Of a DNA stretch of 64,000 nt, positions 61,181 to 64,000 are shown one piece after another. A program made the translations under genes and the position numbers. Numbering within the stretch: position 1 is the stretch's first letter; the number at the start of each line of letters is the position of its first letter. Where the stretch lies: the NCBI GenBank assembly GCA_000004985.1, contig GG738865.1. The stretch is one strand, 5' to 3'. The notes below the pieces were generated by a model. That model searched no databases. It was not told the origin of the DNA and was given only the letters and a program-made list of their open reading frames with translations. This DNA is from Naegleria gruberi. Its lineage: Eukaryota.

Positions 61181-62403
61181 AACAGACCATGTTCTATAAT
61201 AAAAGCCCTGCTACTACTTGGTATGGTGAGCGCTTTATCAAGATGAAAAGTTAATTCACAAAATTCCGCAGCTATTATATCATTTTTCCAAATATCATAT
61301 TTACGATTCCTAAACAAAATATAATTAAATATAAAATAATAGAATCCATCTTCCCTCTCTTGAGGATTACTCGATGTAAATCGATCAAGCATTTGAGTCA
61401 AGTCAAAATTTTCAAATACTGAATTCGAAACATCATTGTTCTGATTATTATCGAGCAGTTTTTGGAAGGTTTTTCCCAATGAATAAATATCAGAGTGGAA
61501 TGTTGGTTTAAAATCCGGACCATTCTTGAATCTATTTTGACCATCCTCAAATATCAATAATTCAGGTGCACAGTATTTAGTTGTTCCACCCAATGATACA
61601 ATTCCCATTTGATTGGCCAATGTTTCATTATGTATAGATAATCCAAAATCACATATAGCTACTTCTGCCAAATAGGTATCATTTAATTTCTTAATCAGAA
61701 TATTTGCTGGCTTTATATCAGAATGTACCATTCCATTCTGTCTCATTAAGGCCAATACTTCACAACATTGATATAGTATTAATACCATTTGTTGATGATT
61801 GAATTTAACTGTCTTGTTATCTAATAAATATTGTAAACTTCCAAATGGTAAATATTCCATTTCAATGCAGCAAATATTTCTAATAAGCATGATGTTAAAT
61901 ATTTTAATAACATTAGGATGTTTCAAATTGATAGCATTAAAAGCTTCACTCAATCCCATTGTTGAATTGGGAATAATCTTCATTGCTCTAATAGTTTCCA
62001 CTTGTTTAGTTTTTTGATTTCTCTTAGTTACCTTTAAAACAGTTCCAAATCCTCCATTTCCAATCCTTTCAGCATGCCACACCTTTTCATAATCATCAAT
62101 TTCATCATTATTCGATCCAATTTTTTCAGGCTTACCATTTAAATACTTATTAAAGTAGCCAATCACTAAATTCACACAACCCTCTGCAAATTGATCTGTA
62201 ACCTGTTGTTCATTATTCAATTTTAACAAGTGTAGAAAGTGTTCCATAATTTTAATATTATTTTCACCTTTAATACAGTGTGATGCAATGGATTGATTGA
62301 CAAATAACAAGTCTTCGTAGAATTGACTTGTTTTTTGATATTTAAAGGCTTGTTCCGTTGTATCGTCATCATAAATGTCAGCAGTCAGTTGACTTCTTTT
62401 CAT
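60199..62403 (-). CDS. Protein kinase with a C-terminal array of about 13 DUF4116-type repeats.
   Basis: Kinase motifs are 'GNGGFGTVLKV', 'AMKII', 'HSDIKPANILI', 'CDFGLS' and 'GTTKYCAPE'. The C-terminal approx 325 aa are tandem ~25-aa units 'FADESLRKDREIVMEAVKQNGWALE'. The ATG at 62401-62403 was verified. Confidence 0.65.
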   Translation of the reverse strand: MKRSQLTADIYDDDTTEQAFKYQKTSQFYEDLLFVNQSIASHCIKGENNIKIMEHFLHLLKLNNEQQVTDQFAEGCVNLVIGYFNKYLNGKPEKIGSNNDEIDDYEKVWHAERIGNGGFGTVLKVTKRNQKTKQVETIRAMKIIPNSTMGLSEAFNAINLKHPNVIKIFNIMLIRNICCIEMEYLPFGSLQYLLDNKTVKFNHQQMVLILYQCCEVLALMRQNGMVHSDIKPANILIKKLNDTYLAEVAICDFGLSIHNETLANQMGIVSLGGTTKYCAPELLIFEDGQNRFKNGPDFKPTFHSDIYSLGKTFQKLLDNNQNNDVSNSVFENFDLTQMLDRFTSSNPQEREDGFYYFIFNYILFRNRKYDIWKNDIIAAEFCELTFHLDKALTIPSSSRAFIIEHGLLAFADESLRKDRQVVIETVKRKGLKLEFADESLRKDKEIVMEAVKQNGWALQYVDESLRKDREIVFEAIKIHGQAFKFADESLRKDRDFILKVAQNDHAFEFADESLRKDRKLVMELIKIQWQILKHADISLRKDREVILEAVQQNGWALEFADTLLKKDRGIVMAAIKSHGLALEFADESLKQDKEFVLEAVVIQGRALEFADESFRNDREIVLRAVQHDVWAFEFAGEALRKDRELVMIAINMHGRALKYADNELKKDRQVVMEAVQQHGWALEFADESLRKDREVVMEAVKTYGLQALEYADESLRNDVEFMKEAEIISLNSRK

Positions 62404-62487
62404 TTTTTTTAATAATATTTTATTAATTTAATGTTGATTGTTTATGTAAACTATTCAAATTGGAATTCGTCTCTTTTCTGATAAAAT

Positions 62488-62841
62488 TCATTGATTTCTG
62501 TGCCACTTTTTATGATTAGATTTGATTTTCTTCGTTGTTTGATTTCGGATTTTGTTCTGTTTCAAATCAGCAAAATATTCGGTTCTTTCATATCCCCTCT
62601 CTGTATTGAACTTGTGATAGGAATTTGAAACAGTTTCAGCAACATTCCCATTTCTGAAAGGAAACATTCTAAAAGATCCATTATTAAATTGACAATTCGT
62701 CGAAGATTTCATTCGAAACTTGCATCTGCCTTGTTTCGGATAGGACTTTTTATTACTTGACTCAACGTTAGGTGTATTGTATTTCACTTTACCAGCACTT
62801 AACGAAAATCTCGTCGATCCAACCAATTTGATTGTGCCCAT
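62488..62841 (-). CDS. Hypothetical small basic protein of 117 aa.
   Basis: ORF only, no domain recognised. The start codon was not verified. Confidence 0.2.
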   Translation of the reverse strand: MGTIKLVGSTRFSLSAGKVKYNTPNVESSNKKSYPKQGRCKFRMKSSTNCQFNNGSFRMFPFRNGNVAETVSNSYHKFNTERGYERTEYFADLKQNKIRNQTTKKIKSNHKKWHRNQ

Positions 62842-63171
62842 AATAATATTAATCTGTTTTTTTTGAGTTTGAACTTATTAATAGCCTGCCCTTAAGTGTT
62901 GTTTTATTAGCTGTAGTTCAATTAAACAAATGCAAAGATTAATTTTCAGATATCTATCACTCTCTTATTCTTTGTGAATTGCTTTGTTTTTGTTTGAAAA
63001 TTAATGAACAAGAATTATGTTGTTTACTGTATGATAAAATGGAGAGAATTTCCAATCCATTAATGATTTTCAATATTGAAAATAATTTGTTATAATGAGA
63101 ATGCAAAATTGTCCATCCTAATATTATGAAATCCTTAAAAATTGTTCTCAATATACTAAGCAAAATGACTT

Positions 63172-63243
63172 TACCAGGAACGGGATTTGAACCCATGTCT
63201 TCGGGATGGGAACCCGACATGCTAACCTCTGCACTATCCTAGT
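63172..63243 (-). tRNA. tRNA-Gly, anticodon CCC.
   Basis: The reverse complement reads ACTAGGATAGTGCAGAGGTTAGCATGTCGGGTTCCCATCCCGAAGACATGGGTTCAAATCCCGTTCCTGGTA. The anticodon stem is TCGGG/CCCGA with loop TTCCCAT. The acceptor has a U-G pair. Confidence 0.7.
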
Positions 63244-63329
63244 CTTCAATTTTGTTTTTAAAAAAATTTCCTCCCATCCAGTATGCTATTCGGGTGGTCA
63301 TCAACAAACAGATGAGCACTCTCTCTTTA

Positions 63330-64000
63330 TCATTTCCCTGGTATGCTCATCACTGAAATTACTTGGCAACCCTTAACGAATAGCAAGGGAAATTCCCTCT
63401 CCTTCTCAACAAGACATCTCACTCTTCTCTTTCTGTTACGACTATTCTTCTTCTTTGTGGTAGTGGTGGTGGTGGTGGTGGATGGAATCATTATTCCTCT
63501 TTCCCTATCCAATGTCTTTTGTTTTTTAAATCTAATTTCCAATTCCTTGTAATTTTCCTTCACATCTAATAGTATCTGTGATGATGATAACAAGTGTTAA
63601 TAATTTAATATTAATAATTAAATATAATTTAAAGATAACTTACCATATTGAAAAACTTATCAAAACCAGATAATACTCCTTCTAACTTGCTGTGTCCATG
63701 TCTAGTTTTAACCATGACACCAACTCTCTTCTTCTCCATCACTGCCTGATATAACAAACCGAATGAATGTTGGGAAGAGGATACAGATGCTTGGCCATAC
63801 TTGTGTTCTAGAAAACCTCTGTATGTATCCTTATGGGCCAATGTTGGCAAATCCTTCACATCTGGAAGGTTAGATTTAACAATGGACTCATCACTCGATT
63901 GCTTCTGTTCTGATGATGACAAAGATGATGAAGATGAACTGCCGGCTGCAACAATTTGATCATCACGATCCACCACAACACAAGATTCCTTCTTCTCTTC
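63330..64000 (-). CDS. Sm-like (LSm) protein with an S-rich N-terminal extension. The 5' end is partial, as the frame is open to the window edge. Two exons, approximately complement(join(63330..63575,63644..64000)).
   Basis: Sm1 motif 'KLEGVLSGFDKFFNM|ILLDVKENY' is split by a 68-nt intron (ATG|GTAAGT...CACAG|ATA, phase 0). Compare LSm5 'GTLLGFDDFVNMVLEDVTE' and LSm7 'GILKGFDPLLNLVLDGTIEY'. An Sm2-like 'RERGIMIPS' follows. The ORF-track 'M' at 63976 is a GTG. Confidence 0.5.

Noticed and set aside
62957-63220. ORF of 87 aa on the minus strand
   Set aside because: It overlaps tRNA-Gly(CCC) and has no coding features.
1-64000. Prokaryotic operon, defence-island or phage interpretation of the window
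   Set aside because: Spliceosomal introns, Pol III genes for 5S and tRNAs interspersed with Pol II genes, eukaryote-specific proteins (E1, BubR1, GSS, sPLA2) and low-complexity tracts show this is eukaryotic nuclear DNA.

Overview
This window is eukaryotic nuclear DNA, not a prokaryotic locus. Several genes are interrupted by short AT-rich GT-AG introns of 44-175 nt with GTATGT, GTAAGT or GTGAGT donors. Overall GC is about 33% and third codon positions are strongly A/T-biased (GGT, CCA, TTA, AGA, CAA, AAT). Many proteins carry poly-S/N/Q/T low-complexity tracts. The 5S rRNA most resembles amoebozoan 5S sequences. Taken together this suggests an aerobic amoebozoan, possibly a dictyostelid-like social amoeba; that attribution is inference only. 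About 40 protein-coding genes sit on both strands at roughly one gene per 1.6 kb. Six single-copy tRNA genes (Leu-UAA, Leu-CAA, Gly-GCC, Glu-UUC, Asp-GUC, Gly-CCC) and one dispersed 5S rRNA gene lie between them. Genes identified with reasonable support are:
- glutathione synthetase
- 5-formyltetrahydrofolate cyclo-ligase
- a mitochondrial EngB/GTPBP8-type GTPase
- a ubiquitin-like activating enzyme E1
- a Mad3/BubR1-like checkpoint protein with a KEN box
- a group XII secretory phospholipase A2
- an SLC35-type nucleotide-sugar transporter
- a VWA-domain protein
- two SDR-family proteins: an NAD-dependent epimerase/dehydratase-like reductase and a classical SDR (retinol-dehydrogenase/WWOX-like) dehydrogenase
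- a Sec14/CRAL-TRIO protein
- an endonuclease/exonuclease/phosphatase (EEP) family protein
- an LSm protein
- two tandem kinase-TPR paralogs
- a kinase carrying a DUF4116 repeat array
- two F-box/LRR (RNI-like) proteins plus an LRR pseudogene fragment
- a GXWXG/DUF4334 protein
- a GyrI-like protein
No CRISPR array, prokaryotic operon or recognisable transposon was seen. The ORF track labels TTG and GTG starts as 'M', so several ORF 5' ends are not true ATG starts. I corrected these where I could read the ATG. The coordinates I derived by hand for introns, tRNAs, 5S and corrected starts may be off by 1-2 nt.
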